Numbered from the stretch's first letter, positions 9,609-19,652 are shown. The stretch is 64,000 nucleotides of DNA from an uncultured Clostridia bacterium (GCA_947302815.1 CAMYWO010000001.1:42637-106636), one strand, 5' to 3'. Numbers and translations: made by a program. The notes: generated from the letters alone by a model not told the origin.

Positions 9609-10058
9609 ATGGTTACTTTTCAAAAACTGACTGAAGATAAACTGGATGAATTCATCGGCCTTCGTATCCGCCAGCTGCGCGAGGAAGGTGCGACGGAGCA
9701 GATCGATCTGGTGCCGGCGCTTCTGGACTATTACCACCGGCATATGGCAGATGGGACTTTTGTGTCGTGGCTTGCGATGGATGGAGAGAAGATCGTCGGG
9801 ACCAGCGGTATGTCATTTGTCGAGAAGCCGCCGTATTTCAGCTGTCCGAACGGCAGGATCGGGCTTCTGTCGAGTATGTTCTGCGATCCTTCGTACCGGC
9901 GGCAGGGCATCGCAAAGGAACTGCTGTCGCGTGTCGTGGAAGAGGCGCGCGCGTACGGGTGCGGCGCGGTGCAGATCACGGCGTCGGATATGGGTGTGCT
10001 GCTCTATACGAACTTTGGGTTCAAAAAGAACGGAAACTTCATGCAGTATAACCTGTAA
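9609..10058 (+). CDS. GNAT family N-acetyltransferase
   Basis: Start chosen at MVTFQKL (RBS GGAGGAAGG). Acetyl-CoA motif YRRQGIAKELLSRVVEEARAYGCGAVQITASDMG. Confidence 0.85.
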   Translation: MVTFQKLTEDKLDEFIGLRIRQLREEGATEQIDLVPALLDYYHRHMADGTFVSWLAMDGEKIVGTSGMSFVEKPPYFSCPNGRIGLLSSMFCDPSYRRQGIAKELLSRVVEEARAYGCGAVQITASDMGVLLYTNFGFKKNGNFMQYNL

Positions 10059-10135
10059 GGATGTTTAGGCTGTCGTGTCTAATAGGTGGTCTAAAGATGG
10101 GCGGCAATTAGGCACGATGTTAGACATATGGCGGT

Positions 10136-10245
10136 GTGGTCTGATATGTGTCCTAATGAGACATACAAATCAGACCACTTTTCTGACAATTAGGGCTATA
10201 GTCAAATAAGTGGCCTAATCTCGCATTGGGATTAGACCACTTATT
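10136..10245. repeat. Two related palindromic (REP-like) hairpins in a convergent intergenic region
   Basis: Hairpin 1: GTGGTCTGAT (10136-10145) / ATCAGACCAC (10169-10178). Hairpin 2: AATAAGTGGCCTAAT (10205-10219) / ATTAGACCACTTATT (10231-10245), with one mismatch. They share the core GTGG(T/C)CT(G/A)AT. A further copy, GGTGGTCTAA, lies at about 10085-10094. Confidence 0.6.
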
Positions 10246-10280
10246 AGATCATACTCGTAAATCTTATAAAACAAGGGCTT

Positions 10281-13200
10281 TTACTTCACCTTATAGATGA
10301 GAAGTGATCCGTCGGATGAGGTGAATACACGCTCGCCGAGGCTCTCGAAGCAGGGGTAGTAGATGAATTTGAACTCGTCGAGTTCCATCGATCCACAGAT
10401 GATGTAGTGGATATCGTACTTATCGATCAGGCGCTTGACCTCATCAACATTCGTGCTGGTGTAGATCGTCGTGACATCATCGTAACGCGGGAACAGATAA
10501 TTCTGCCATACGCTGTTGTTAGGATCATCTTCGTATTCGCCTGTCTCAGGATTCGTCCAACCGTGGAAATGCCACAGCCACTCATGTGTCTGCCAGCCGA
10601 CTACGTTCGGAAGACCTGTGTATGCGGAAACGATGCATCGTTCCGTGTAACTGTAACCATAGGCTTCGCAGATATTAACACTTTCCGATTCGTTCTCGTT
10701 CAGCCAGTCGATCGCCTCTTCGTAAGGGATCAGGGCACCGGCATACCGCATGCTCTGATCTTTATATGTCTTCTCGACCGGAACGAACTCCGGAAGATAT
10801 GCGGTACCATCCAGACCCTTGTAATTTGACATCTTGATCTCACCGACGCGCTGGTCAAGTGCGCGGAGGGTGTAGTGACCCGGGATCAGGATCACGAGGA
10901 TGAGAAGCAGGATCGAGACGGCCAGTCCCCAGTTGGAAAGATTTCCCGCACGGGTGACGTGCGCCATAAAGCGGAAGACGGTATAGGCTACGACGAGGGA
11001 AAGAAGCACGAAGCCCGCGAATGTGAACTTAAACATCGTGTTCGCACGCTGGTTGTGTATGCCGTAGATATCCGGTACGTAGATGATTTCCGGTGCCAGG
11101 ATCATCATCAGGCCGACAAATCCCATACCGACCATGAAGATGTCGATGATGGATCTCTTGCGGAAGAATTTCGTAAGGAGATTGTCTCCGAATCTGGCAA
11201 AGTGGTAATCCATCAGATGGAAGAAGTAGAGGATCGACAGAATGAAAGCCGGCTTTTCGGTTTCTTCGTAATCACAGTCTAAAGAAGCAGGCTTAGGCAT
11301 GGGTTTTTCAGGGGCAGAAACGTCAGGCCGGGCATCGACCAGGTCAGGGTCTTCTGCTTCGGAAGAATCCTCTTCTTCGCTGCCTGAAACGTATATGGAA
11401 ACATCATCTGCTTCCGAAGCGTTCGAGGAGACATATGCCATCTTCGGCCGGCGGGAAGCGGGATGGATCTTCTTCGGACGTGTAAGCTGAAGCGGAGCGG
11501 GAAGAACAGGAAGCCTGTTCTTCTTAAAGGCGTGACGCTCGGTAAATACGACCAGAAGGAAGAGTGCAAGCGGAACCAGTATATGAATGAACCAGACGAT
11601 CATGAACTGGAACAGAGAGGTGTGTCTGTCGACCAGTTTGATCGTGTTGGAGATCATGTCAAAGTTGTAGTTGAACGACAGAGCCACGAAACTTGAAAGC
11701 GAGAAGAACATGGCCATCGAGGTGCCGGTCCGGGAGATCGCGGACGGGAAGACTGTCGACAGTATATAGGCAATCACGAAGATCGCAATCTGCAGGCAAA
11801 GATGAACGAAGATATTGCTTGAGAACAGGAGGTATACCCCGAGGATCGCTCCGACATCGAAGAGAAATACCAGGCAACTTCTGAACGTGCATAGATATGT
11901 CGACTGGCACCCGTGATAGACAAGCAGTCCCATGGCGCAGAAGACAAAGTATATGAGGAAGTCCCAGTAGTTGCACATCTGGGCAAGACCGAGAAGGAAA
12001 GCACAGATGAAGAGTTCGGCGCGGAAATGGAAGTTCATCTCCGATACGATATTCTTTGAAAAATCGTGCGTGCGGCAAAGACCATTCAGTGCTTTTTCAG
12101 GATGCTTCGCGTGATAGACCGCGATGAACATGAATGCGATGATCAGAAGGACGATCGTCAGGCTGACAACATGTGCGTGAAGGTCGCCGATCAGATATGA
12201 ATAGAACGGGAATTCATGGATGGTCCAGTCAGCGTGTTCCGCCGTTCCCTCGAGATAAGGGTCCGGATTATGTCCGATGAATCGCGTGGAATTCGGATAG
12301 AAGAAATCGCCGGTCTTTCCGACGTCGATGCCGAGGGCTTTCCATATCTTCCAGAAAAGCACTTTGTTTCCGACGCTCTGCTCGTCGTAGAAGAACGAGT
12401 GGGAGTTACCGAATGCCATAGTGCAGAAGGAGGCCAGAAGACCTGCAAAAGGCAGGTAGTGGATCGATACCTGACAGTCCTTTTTCTTCCGGAGGGCGTC
12501 GATAAAGAGCTGGCCGAGCGAGTAGGCGGTCATGAACGGGAATGCGATGGCGGTACACATCGAAAGATTGTATCCGACATTCGGGTTGATACCGACTTGC
12601 TTGACGAGGTACGAGAAGATGTACTGGCCGAAATAATAGTAGTTGATGGGCTTGCCCGCGAGCCAAGGGTCTTTTGCCGGAAGACCGTCATAGCGGACCA
12701 TGGAGTTCATGAAGGCAAAGTCCATGAATTTCTCTTCGCCGTTGATGATCGGTGCGAGGCCTCTGCAGAAGCAGAGGAAGACCATGACGGCTATGAAAAG
12801 CACTTCCTCCCAGAGGATGTGCGCAATGTTTGAGTTGTCAGAGAGCGCGAGTATGGCGGCGTCTCTCGTCTTCGGAGTCCCCCAGCTGATAATCGCCAGG
12901 AGGAAGAACATGAACCATGTCATCGGGCGGCTGAAAGAATTCCAGATGCCGAGGTAGGAGAACAGCCAGAGAGGTCCTGCGGTAAAAAGGATACCGACAA
13001 TTCTCGAAAACCCGTATCCTGCGGATACGAAACCCTTAAAGAAATGGGCGACCAGCGGGAATGCGGCCCAGCCGTAAAGATAGATCAGTCCCCACCAGCA
13101 GAAGAAATCCGCATGATCGTTCTTGAGATACAGTCCGAGAAGGAACGCGATCAGCGCGGGGGTCAGAAGGAGAAGAAATCTCGGAAGGACTTTCTTGATG

Positions 13201-13370
13201 TCCACTTCTGAAAGACTCATCATTGACAGACGGTCGCGGAATGTAGTCGAGGATCCAGCTTCCTCTGCTTTTTCAGCAGCTTCGAGGATACTGCCGGCTG
13301 TATTTACGTGCGCTTCACGGACCGGATTTGCACCGGAATTACTGCGCGTCGACTTCGAGCTTTTTTTCAC
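10281..13370 (-). CDS. DUF2298-type large polytopic membrane protein (GT-C-like; carries a YYY motif)
   Basis: Many TM helices and PINYYYFGQYIF, matching the Chlor_Arch_YYY/DUF2298 signature. I place the start at GTG 13370 (AAGGAGG 9 nt upstream) rather than the track ATG at 13451. Contains an acidic low-complexity insert (SEADDVSIYVSGSEEEDSSEAEDPD). Confidence 0.8.
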   Translation of the reverse strand: MKKSSKSTRSNSGANPVREAHVNTAGSILEAAEKAEEAGSSTTFRDRLSMMSLSEVDIKKVLPRFLLLLTPALIAFLLGLYLKNDHADFFCWWGLIYLYGWAAFPLVAHFFKGFVSAGYGFSRIVGILFTAGPLWLFSYLGIWNSFSRPMTWFMFFLLAIISWGTPKTRDAAILALSDNSNIAHILWEEVLFIAVMVFLCFCRGLAPIINGEEKFMDFAFMNSMVRYDGLPAKDPWLAGKPINYYYFGQYIFSYLVKQVGINPNVGYNLSMCTAIAFPFMTAYSLGQLFIDALRKKKDCQVSIHYLPFAGLLASFCTMAFGNSHSFFYDEQSVGNKVLFWKIWKALGIDVGKTGDFFYPNSTRFIGHNPDPYLEGTAEHADWTIHEFPFYSYLIGDLHAHVVSLTIVLLIIAFMFIAVYHAKHPEKALNGLCRTHDFSKNIVSEMNFHFRAELFICAFLLGLAQMCNYWDFLIYFVFCAMGLLVYHGCQSTYLCTFRSCLVFLFDVGAILGVYLLFSSNIFVHLCLQIAIFVIAYILSTVFPSAISRTGTSMAMFFSLSSFVALSFNYNFDMISNTIKLVDRHTSLFQFMIVWFIHILVPLALFLLVVFTERHAFKKNRLPVLPAPLQLTRPKKIHPASRRPKMAYVSSNASEADDVSIYVSGSEEEDSSEAEDPDLVDARPDVSAPEKPMPKPASLDCDYEETEKPAFILSILYFFHLMDYHFARFGDNLLTKFFRKRSIIDIFMVGMGFVGLMMILAPEIIYVPDIYGIHNQRANTMFKFTFAGFVLLSLVVAYTVFRFMAHVTRAGNLSNWGLAVSILLLILVILIPGHYTLRALDQRVGEIKMSNYKGLDGTAYLPEFVPVEKTYKDQSMRYAGALIPYEEAIDWLNENESESVNICEAYGYSYTERCIVSAYTGLPNVVGWQTHEWLWHFHGWTNPETGEYEDDPNNSVWQNYLFPRYDDVTTIYTSTNVDEVKRLIDKYDIHYIICGSMELDEFKFIYYPCFESLGERVFTSSDGSLLIYKVK

Positions 13371-14406
13371 GAGAGAAATCCTCCTTGATCTTGGCGACGG
13401 TGGCGTTGGCCTGCGATACACAGGCATCCATGCGGAACTTCGAATCTTCAACGGGACTTGGTGTCATGGCGAGACTGCACACATAAAGGCCCTCGACCGG
13501 CTGCAGGAATTCATCGAGCGGGTGATTGAGCGGCTTGGCGTAGCGCGTGCGTGTCAGACGCCAGGTACGGACGGAGTTTCTGGTCACGCTCGGGTTCATA
13601 TACTGAAGTCTCTTAAAGAATGCCTTAAATACATCCGCATCGGACGCCGTCCAGAGCGGAGCGGAAGTCAGAAAGCTTCCGGAAAGGTACAGAACGTGTC
13701 CGCCGTATCTTCTTTCACCGACCATGCTCGTGTGCTGGATGATGCGCTGGAACGGCTCGTCGACCGGGAGCATACGCGAGTAGCACTCGGTAAACGGTGA
13801 TTTCATGAGCATCAGCAGGCACATGTTCGCCTGATAGGTGACGTCCATGAGTGAATCACGGAAGTCAGTCGGCATATTGAGAGCGTGTGTGATGTGTACG
13901 AGATTTCGGCACGAACCTGTGTAGAGGATCGTGTCGCACTCGAGGAAGATCGAAGAGGAGTCGGCAAGTACGCACTGCACGCGGTAGCGCGGGCGCGAAG
14001 GATCATCGCTCTCCGAAATGTCAGATACCGTGTAGCCGTACTGGATGATGCCGCCGTGGTCGGTGATCTCCTGGACAAGAGCTGCCAGAAGCGAGTGGAA
14101 ACCATTGTCGAGGTATCCGAGCTTCTTTTTGCTGGCTTTACCGTACCAGAGGGAATCGTACCACTGCAGTTCGTCGGAAAGACCAAGGTCCTTGAGAAGT
14201 GAGATCAGGGCACGGTCGGATTTCCTGATATGGTGGGGGAGAAGCTCAATATATTCCGAGCCCAGACGGGAACAGGCGAGCATGCCGCCCGGTGTGGACT
14301 GCTGTTCGACGACCTGCACACGGAATCCGGCCTGCGCCAGCTTATAGGCACAGACCAGTCCGGAAAGACCGGCACCGATAACACAGATCGAGGTTTGCTC
14401 CTGCAT
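13339..14406 (-). CDS. NAD(P)/FAD-dependent oxidoreductase (amine-oxidase / phytoene-desaturase-like fold)
   Basis: 355 aa. N-terminal dinucleotide-binding motif ICVIGAGLSGLVCAYKLAQAGFRVQVVEQQSTPGG. Confidence 0.8.
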   Translation of the reverse strand: MQEQTSICVIGAGLSGLVCAYKLAQAGFRVQVVEQQSTPGGMLACSRLGSEYIELLPHHIRKSDRALISLLKDLGLSDELQWYDSLWYGKASKKKLGYLDNGFHSLLAALVQEITDHGGIIQYGYTVSDISESDDPSRPRYRVQCVLADSSSIFLECDTILYTGSCRNLVHITHALNMPTDFRDSLMDVTYQANMCLLMLMKSPFTECYSRMLPVDEPFQRIIQHTSMVGERRYGGHVLYLSGSFLTSAPLWTASDADVFKAFFKRLQYMNPSVTRNSVRTWRLTRTRYAKPLNHPLDEFLQPVEGLYVCSLAMTPSPVEDSKFRMDACVSQANATVAKIKEDFSREKKLEVDAQ

Positions 14407-14418
14407 GTGTCCTCCCTA

Positions 14419-15720
14419 TCAGATCTTCTTGGCTTCCAGATAGTAACGCTTCTCGACGGCTTCGCCCATGGAGAAGGTCTTTCTCGGGAATACGCCTTCC
14501 TTGCTGATCGTGTCAAAGAACGAATTCTTCGATACGTCCGGCAACAGGAAGCCGAGCTTGTCTTCTGCGGCAAGAGATCTTACGGAATCTTCGCCGTGGA
14601 TGTAGTCAGTATGGATTGAGTCGGACTCGATGGAATCGAGGAAGCCCTGAAGGGATCCGACTGCCAGTGTGTGGGCAGGAGTTCCGATCACCATCGTGAA
14701 GTCTTCCTTGCCGTCGGTAACGAGGATCGTCTGGGATCCGTCTTCTGTGCCTTCCTTTCTAAAAGCACCCGCACCCTCGAAGCTGATCTTCTGGGATGCG
14801 AAGTACTTCTCCGCGGCACTCTTCAGAGCATCTTTGGTAAGACCGAAAGTCACTCTGTGGATCGGCTCGAACTGGAGTCCTTCGTCGTGGATGTTGACGA
14901 TCTCGACGAGGCAGTAACGTGCCGGATGGCTCTCGCGCTCGGACTCCGGAAGTGTCTCGCGGACATTCTCCCAGTGCTTCTTGGCGGTGGCCAGAGAGTG
15001 GTTGCCGTCGCCGACTGCGAAAAGGAAACCATCCTCAGAAGCAGACAGCAGTGCTTTTAACGCGGAAATAATACCATCGGCGGTCTCGGAGCCGGCCTTG
15101 GTGAAATAACCCTTGATATGGCCGCCCTCGGACATGAGGTCAGTGTCGTAAACGAGGTTGCTGCTGTCCTTCGAAAGGGAAGAGAACGCAGGCTCGATGA
15201 CGGTCCTTGCCGGGTCGTTGATCAGAACCATGATATGCGGCATCTCGATCGGTGCGCGCTCACGGATGCGGACACGCGGAGGAATACGGGAAAGAACGGT
15301 ACCCTCGGTCGCGCGGATGCGGCTCTTGTTGCCGGGCGTAAAGTCATACTGCTCGAGATCCAGCGCGAGCATCAGGCCCTTTCTGGAATCGTTGAACTTC
15401 GTCTTTCTGTCGAGAAGGATAAAGCCCGGATCGAGCTCGGTAAGGATGCCCTCGCCGATATATTTGTTAATGGATTCCGTGATGGCGGAAAGACGGGCGT
15501 CGATCTGCTCCGGTGTCTCTTTCTCAAGGTAAACTTCCGGCAGGAACATGCGAAGTGTAGACGGCGCAGTTCCTACATTATTCTCCACATCCTCCCAGTA
15601 CTTCGGCTCGGATGTGAACTGGTCACACGCGATGCACGCCCACTTCGAAAGATCTGTGCCCTGCTTCGGCAGAAGGATCTTCGGTGCAGCAACCGCGATA
15701 TCTTTGTAAATGTAATTCAT
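14419..15720 (-). CDS. DUF1015 domain-containing protein
   Basis: Start at MNYIYKD (RBS GGGAGGG). KILLPKQGTDLSKWACIACDQFTSEPKYWEDV and the FAVGDGNHSLATAK region resemble the DUF1015 family. Confidence 0.75.
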   Translation of the reverse strand: MNYIYKDIAVAAPKILLPKQGTDLSKWACIACDQFTSEPKYWEDVENNVGTAPSTLRMFLPEVYLEKETPEQIDARLSAITESINKYIGEGILTELDPGFILLDRKTKFNDSRKGLMLALDLEQYDFTPGNKSRIRATEGTVLSRIPPRVRIRERAPIEMPHIMVLINDPARTVIEPAFSSLSKDSSNLVYDTDLMSEGGHIKGYFTKAGSETADGIISALKALLSASEDGFLFAVGDGNHSLATAKKHWENVRETLPESERESHPARYCLVEIVNIHDEGLQFEPIHRVTFGLTKDALKSAAEKYFASQKISFEGAGAFRKEGTEDGSQTILVTDGKEDFTMVIGTPAHTLAVGSLQGFLDSIESDSIHTDYIHGEDSVRSLAAEDKLGFLLPDVSKNSFFDTISKEGVFPRKTFSMGEAVEKRYYLEAKKI

Positions 15721-15844
15721 GGATACCCTCCCATGTAATTGAAAAATAAGCCATAACATTATAGCACGCGTAAAGAGAAAAATCTCCAATCTTCGCTGTT
15801 AGTGTTATAGTGGTAGATAGAGAGAGTTGAGTGGAGGTGGAATC

Positions 15845-16846
15845 ATGGCGAATCGGGAAAACAGCAGAGGCAGGCTCCTTTGCCTTCTGGACATTCTTCA
15901 GAAAGAGACAGACGCGTCGCACGGGCTTACGATTCAGGACATGATCGGAAGACTCGAAACAGCCGGGTTTTCCGTGAATAGAAAGACGCTCTACGACGAT
16001 ATCCGCGCACTTCAGGAATCCTCGATCGAGGTTGAGAAATCCGGCGGGAGAAGTCCGAAATACTATATCGAATGCCGTGATTTCGAACCCGAAGAGCTCA
16101 TGATCCTCATCGATGCCGTCGAATCCGCGGGCTTCATGACCGAGAAGAAAAAGGCGGCGATCATCAAGAAACTCAAGAGCCAGACTTCTTCGGGATATGC
16201 CTCGGAGCTCAATGAACAGATCCACTATATCGGCCGCCATCACTCGACCAATAACGATTTTATCTATACTGTCAGCGCGATCCGCCGTGCCATGACTCAG
16301 AAGCATCCGGTGAACTTCCAGTACATCGACTACGATGTCGATAAAGGCGAGATATTAAAGCACGATGGCATGAAGTACATTCTCCACCCGCTGGCACTTG
16401 CCTGGAACAACGGTTTCTATTACTGCATCGGCACGCGTCCGGAACAGAGTCCCGAGGGCGAGAAAGACAAGCTTAGAAACTTCCGTATCGACCGCATGAA
16501 GAAGGTCACCGTCGATGAGAAGACCCCGCTGGCCAAGCCGCCGAAAGGCTTTAATGTTGCCAAGTATATGGAGGAGTCTTTCAATATGTACGGCAACGAG
16601 CCGGTCACGGTGCAGATCCGGTTTAAAAAGAGCCTGCTGACGCAGTTTTATGACCGTTTCGAGCAAAATGTTCCCAAGATGCAGGATCCCAAGGATCCCG
16701 GCTATCTTATCGCCAGTGTGACGGTCAATGTCAGTCCCACGTTCTTTGCATGGGTATCCCAGTTCGAGGGAGGCTTCACGATTGCAGGCCCCAAGAGCAT
16801 CCGGGAGAAGTATCATGAGCATCTTCGAAAAGCACTGGAATCTTAA
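15845..16846 (+). CDS. WYL domain-containing transcriptional regulator (HTH-WYL-WCX architecture)
   Basis: MANRENSRGRLLCLLDILQKE...GLTIQDMIGRLE (HTH), then VNFQYIDYDVD...ILHPLALAWNNGFYYCIG...LRNFRIDRM (WYL). RBS GGAGGTGG. Divergent from the DUF1015 operon. Confidence 0.85.
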   Translation: MANRENSRGRLLCLLDILQKETDASHGLTIQDMIGRLETAGFSVNRKTLYDDIRALQESSIEVEKSGGRSPKYYIECRDFEPEELMILIDAVESAGFMTEKKKAAIIKKLKSQTSSGYASELNEQIHYIGRHHSTNNDFIYTVSAIRRAMTQKHPVNFQYIDYDVDKGEILKHDGMKYILHPLALAWNNGFYYCIGTRPEQSPEGEKDKLRNFRIDRMKKVTVDEKTPLAKPPKGFNVAKYMEESFNMYGNEPVTVQIRFKKSLLTQFYDRFEQNVPKMQDPKDPGYLIASVTVNVSPTFFAWVSQFEGGFTIAGPKSIREKYHEHLRKALES

Positions 16847-16891
16847 GCGTATAAATATATAGATTTTCTTATCTAAATCGTGTAAAATATC

Positions 16892-16928
16892 GGGGCACGC
16901 GAAATCAACGGCGCGTGCCCCGCTTTTT
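16892..16928 (+). terminator. Rho-independent terminator after the WYL gene
   Basis: GGGGCACGCG (16892-16901) pairs perfectly with CGCGTGCCCC (16912-16921), followed by TTTTT. Confidence 0.8.
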
Positions 16929-16948
16929 ACGTAAGGAGACGAAAACGA

Positions 16949-19639
16949 ATGAGACAGTTTACCTCTGATGAATTGAGAAATACCTGGAAGCAGTTCTACA
17001 TCGACCGCGGTCATGTGGATGTCGGCGCCGTATCGCTGGTATCCGACGGATCGACGGGCGTTATGTTCAACGTCGCCGGCATGCAGCCGCTGATGCCTTA
17101 TCTTCTCGGCCAGAAGCACCCGCTCGGCACAAGACTCTGCAACGTGCAGGGCTGCGTCCGTACAAACGATATCGACTCCGTAGGTGATAAGAGCCACGTT
17201 ACCTTCTTCGAGATGATGGGTTCCTGGTCCCTCGGTGATTACTTTAAGAAAGAGAGATGCCAGTGGAGCTTCGAGCTTCTGACACAGGTTTTCGGGTTTG
17301 ACGCCGATCACCTCGCCGCTACTGTTTTCGCAGGTGACGAGAATGCACCGCGTGACGAGGAAGGCGCAGAGTTCCGTATTGCTTCCGGCTTTAAGAAAGA
17401 AAATATCTACTATCTGCCGGCTGAAGATAACTGGTGGGGCTTAGAGTACGGTCCGTGCGGCCCGGACTCCGAGATGTTCTACATCGCCGACCGCCCGGAT
17501 TGCGGTCCGGACTGTGGCCCGGGATGCTCCTGCGGTAAGTACACCGAGCTTGGTAACGACGTATTCATGCAGTACGAGAAGCATAAGGATGGCACTCTTA
17601 CTCCTCTGAAGCAGAAGAACGTAGATACCGGCTGGGGCCTGGAGAGAATCCTCGCTTTCCTCAATGGTTCCCGTGATGTATACCAGATCGACCTGTTCGC
17701 TCCGGTCATCGCTTATATCGAGAAAGTCTCCGGACAGAAGTACAATGCGGACGAGAAAATGACACGCTCCATGCGCATCCTTGCCGACCACACTCGTACC
17801 TCCGTTATGCTCATCGGTGACGCTGCGAAGCTCGTTCCGGCAAACGCAGGTGCAGGCTACGTACTCCGCCGTCTGATCCGCCGTGCGGTAAGACACGCAA
17901 GAACACTGAACCTGAAGAAGGACGACATCCTCAAGATCGCAACCATCTTTATCGATGAGATCTATAAGAACAGCTATCCGCTTCTGACCTCCAACCGTGA
18001 GTTCATCCTGAATGAACTGACCAAGGAGATCGAGCGCTTTGAGAGCACTCTTGAGAACGGCATGAAGGAGTTCAAGAAGATCCTCGACACCGCTCGTTCT
18101 GAGGGAAAGAAAGAGATCGAAGGTAAAGATGCTTTCTATCTTTATGATACGTTCGGCTTCCCGCTCGAGCTCACCACAGAGCTTGCAGAGGAAGAAGGCC
18201 TGACAGTTGATGAAGAAGGCTTCAAGGTCTCCATGGAAGAGCAGAAGCAGAAGGCCCGCGACAGCCAGAACTTCTCCGCGAAGCTCAACGCTTCCGCCGG
18301 TATCTTTGATACACTTGATGAGAGCATTACCACAAAGTTTGTCGGATATGACGGACTGAATACGGAAGGTAAGATCGTTGCAGTAGCTGACGAAGCTTCC
18401 CTGAAGGATTCCCTCTCCGAGAACGAGAAGGGTACGATCGTTACTGACGTTACTTCGTTCTACGGCACCATGGGTGGTCAGGTCGGTGATAAGGGTTCAA
18501 TCAAGACCGCTGACGGTGAGTTTACTGTTACTGAGGCGATCCACCTCCCGGGCGGACGCATCGGTCACACCGGTTATGTTTCCAAGGGAACGATCAAGAG
18601 CGGCAGTGCTGCCGAGCTCTCCGTCGACGAAGGAAACCGCAGTAATACATGTAAGAACCACTCCGCGACACACCTTCTGCAGAAGGCCCTGAAGATCGTT
18701 CTGGGTGATCACGTTGAGCAGAAGGGTTCCCTTGTTACTCCGGACCGTCTGCGTTTCGACTTCTCTCATGATGCGGCGATGACGGCTGAGCAGATCGCTC
18801 AGGCAGAAGCAATCGTTAATAAAGAGATTGCGGCTTCTCTCGCAGTACGTACTGATGAGATGAGCCAGCAGGAAGCCGTCTCCACCGGCGCCATGGCGCT
18901 TTTCGGCGAGAAGTACGGCGATGTCGTCCGTGTCGTCAGCATGGGCAAGGGTACATCCGGAAACAACGAAGCGGACTTCAAGGATGCTTTCTCCGTTGAA
19001 CTCTGTGGTGGTACTCACGTTTCCAATACTTCCCAGATCCAGCACATCAAGATCCTTTCCGAGTCCGGTGTTGCGGCTGGTGTAAGAAGAATCGAGGCTC
19101 TGACCGGTGACGGCGTGCTCGCTTACTACAAGGAACTCGAGGATCTTCTGAATGAAGCTGCAAAGCTCCTGAAGGCGAACCCGTCCGAGATCGTAACGAA
19201 GATCGATCACCTGCAGAAGGACTTGAAGGCTGCGAACTCCGAGATCGAGTCCATGAAGGCACAGGCTGCGAAGGATGCTCTCGGTAATTCCCTCGAGCAG
19301 ACAGAAGACGTCAAGGGCGTCAAGCTGCTTGCTACGAAACTGGATAATGTTGAGATGGGTGCTCTCCGTGACCTCGGCGACTCCCTGAAGGATAAGATCG
19401 GCGACGGTGTCGTTGCTCTGCTTTCTTCCTGCGACGGCAAGGCCAATATCGTCATCATGGCGACAGATTCCGCAGTTAAGGCCGGCGCTCATGCCGGTAA
19501 CCTCATCAAGGCGATCGCTCCGATCGTCGGCGGTGGCGGCGGCGGACGTCCGAACATGGCGCAGGCCGGCGGTAAGAACCCGGCAGGTATCGACGATGCT
19601 CTGGCAGCCGTAAAGACTGAACTCGAAAAGATGCTGTAA
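16949..19639 (+). CDS. alaS: Alanine--tRNA ligase
   Basis: 896 aa; FNVAGMQPLMPYLLG, VTFFEMMGSWSLGDYFK, editing-domain HSATHLL, and a C-terminal DHHA1-type GGGGGRPNMAQAGG. Confidence 0.97.
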   Translation: MRQFTSDELRNTWKQFYIDRGHVDVGAVSLVSDGSTGVMFNVAGMQPLMPYLLGQKHPLGTRLCNVQGCVRTNDIDSVGDKSHVTFFEMMGSWSLGDYFKKERCQWSFELLTQVFGFDADHLAATVFAGDENAPRDEEGAEFRIASGFKKENIYYLPAEDNWWGLEYGPCGPDSEMFYIADRPDCGPDCGPGCSCGKYTELGNDVFMQYEKHKDGTLTPLKQKNVDTGWGLERILAFLNGSRDVYQIDLFAPVIAYIEKVSGQKYNADEKMTRSMRILADHTRTSVMLIGDAAKLVPANAGAGYVLRRLIRRAVRHARTLNLKKDDILKIATIFIDEIYKNSYPLLTSNREFILNELTKEIERFESTLENGMKEFKKILDTARSEGKKEIEGKDAFYLYDTFGFPLELTTELAEEEGLTVDEEGFKVSMEEQKQKARDSQNFSAKLNASAGIFDTLDESITTKFVGYDGLNTEGKIVAVADEASLKDSLSENEKGTIVTDVTSFYGTMGGQVGDKGSIKTADGEFTVTEAIHLPGGRIGHTGYVSKGTIKSGSAAELSVDEGNRSNTCKNHSATHLLQKALKIVLGDHVEQKGSLVTPDRLRFDFSHDAAMTAEQIAQAEAIVNKEIAASLAVRTDEMSQQEAVSTGAMALFGEKYGDVVRVVSMGKGTSGNNEADFKDAFSVELCGGTHVSNTSQIQHIKILSESGVAAGVRRIEALTGDGVLAYYKELEDLLNEAAKLLKANPSEIVTKIDHLQKDLKAANSEIESMKAQAAKDALGNSLEQTEDVKGVKLLATKLDNVEMGALRDLGDSLKDKIGDGVVALLSSCDGKANIVIMATDSAVKAGAHAGNLIKAIAPIVGGGGGGRPNMAQAGGKNPAGIDDALAAVKTELEKML

Positions 19640-19652
19640 GGAGGAAAAACGT

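Noticed and set aside
13371-13451. N-terminal 27 codons of the track ORF 10281..13451
   Set aside because: An ATG start at 13451 would overlap the upstream oxidoreductase gene by 113 nt and has no RBS. GTG 13370 has AAGGAGG at optimal spacing.
16847-16948. T-box riboswitch upstream of alaS
   Set aside because: Only about 100 nt separate the WYL gene stop from the alaS start. No T-box sequence or specifier-loop architecture is visible. The single perfect hairpin plus T-run is best read as the WYL gene terminator.
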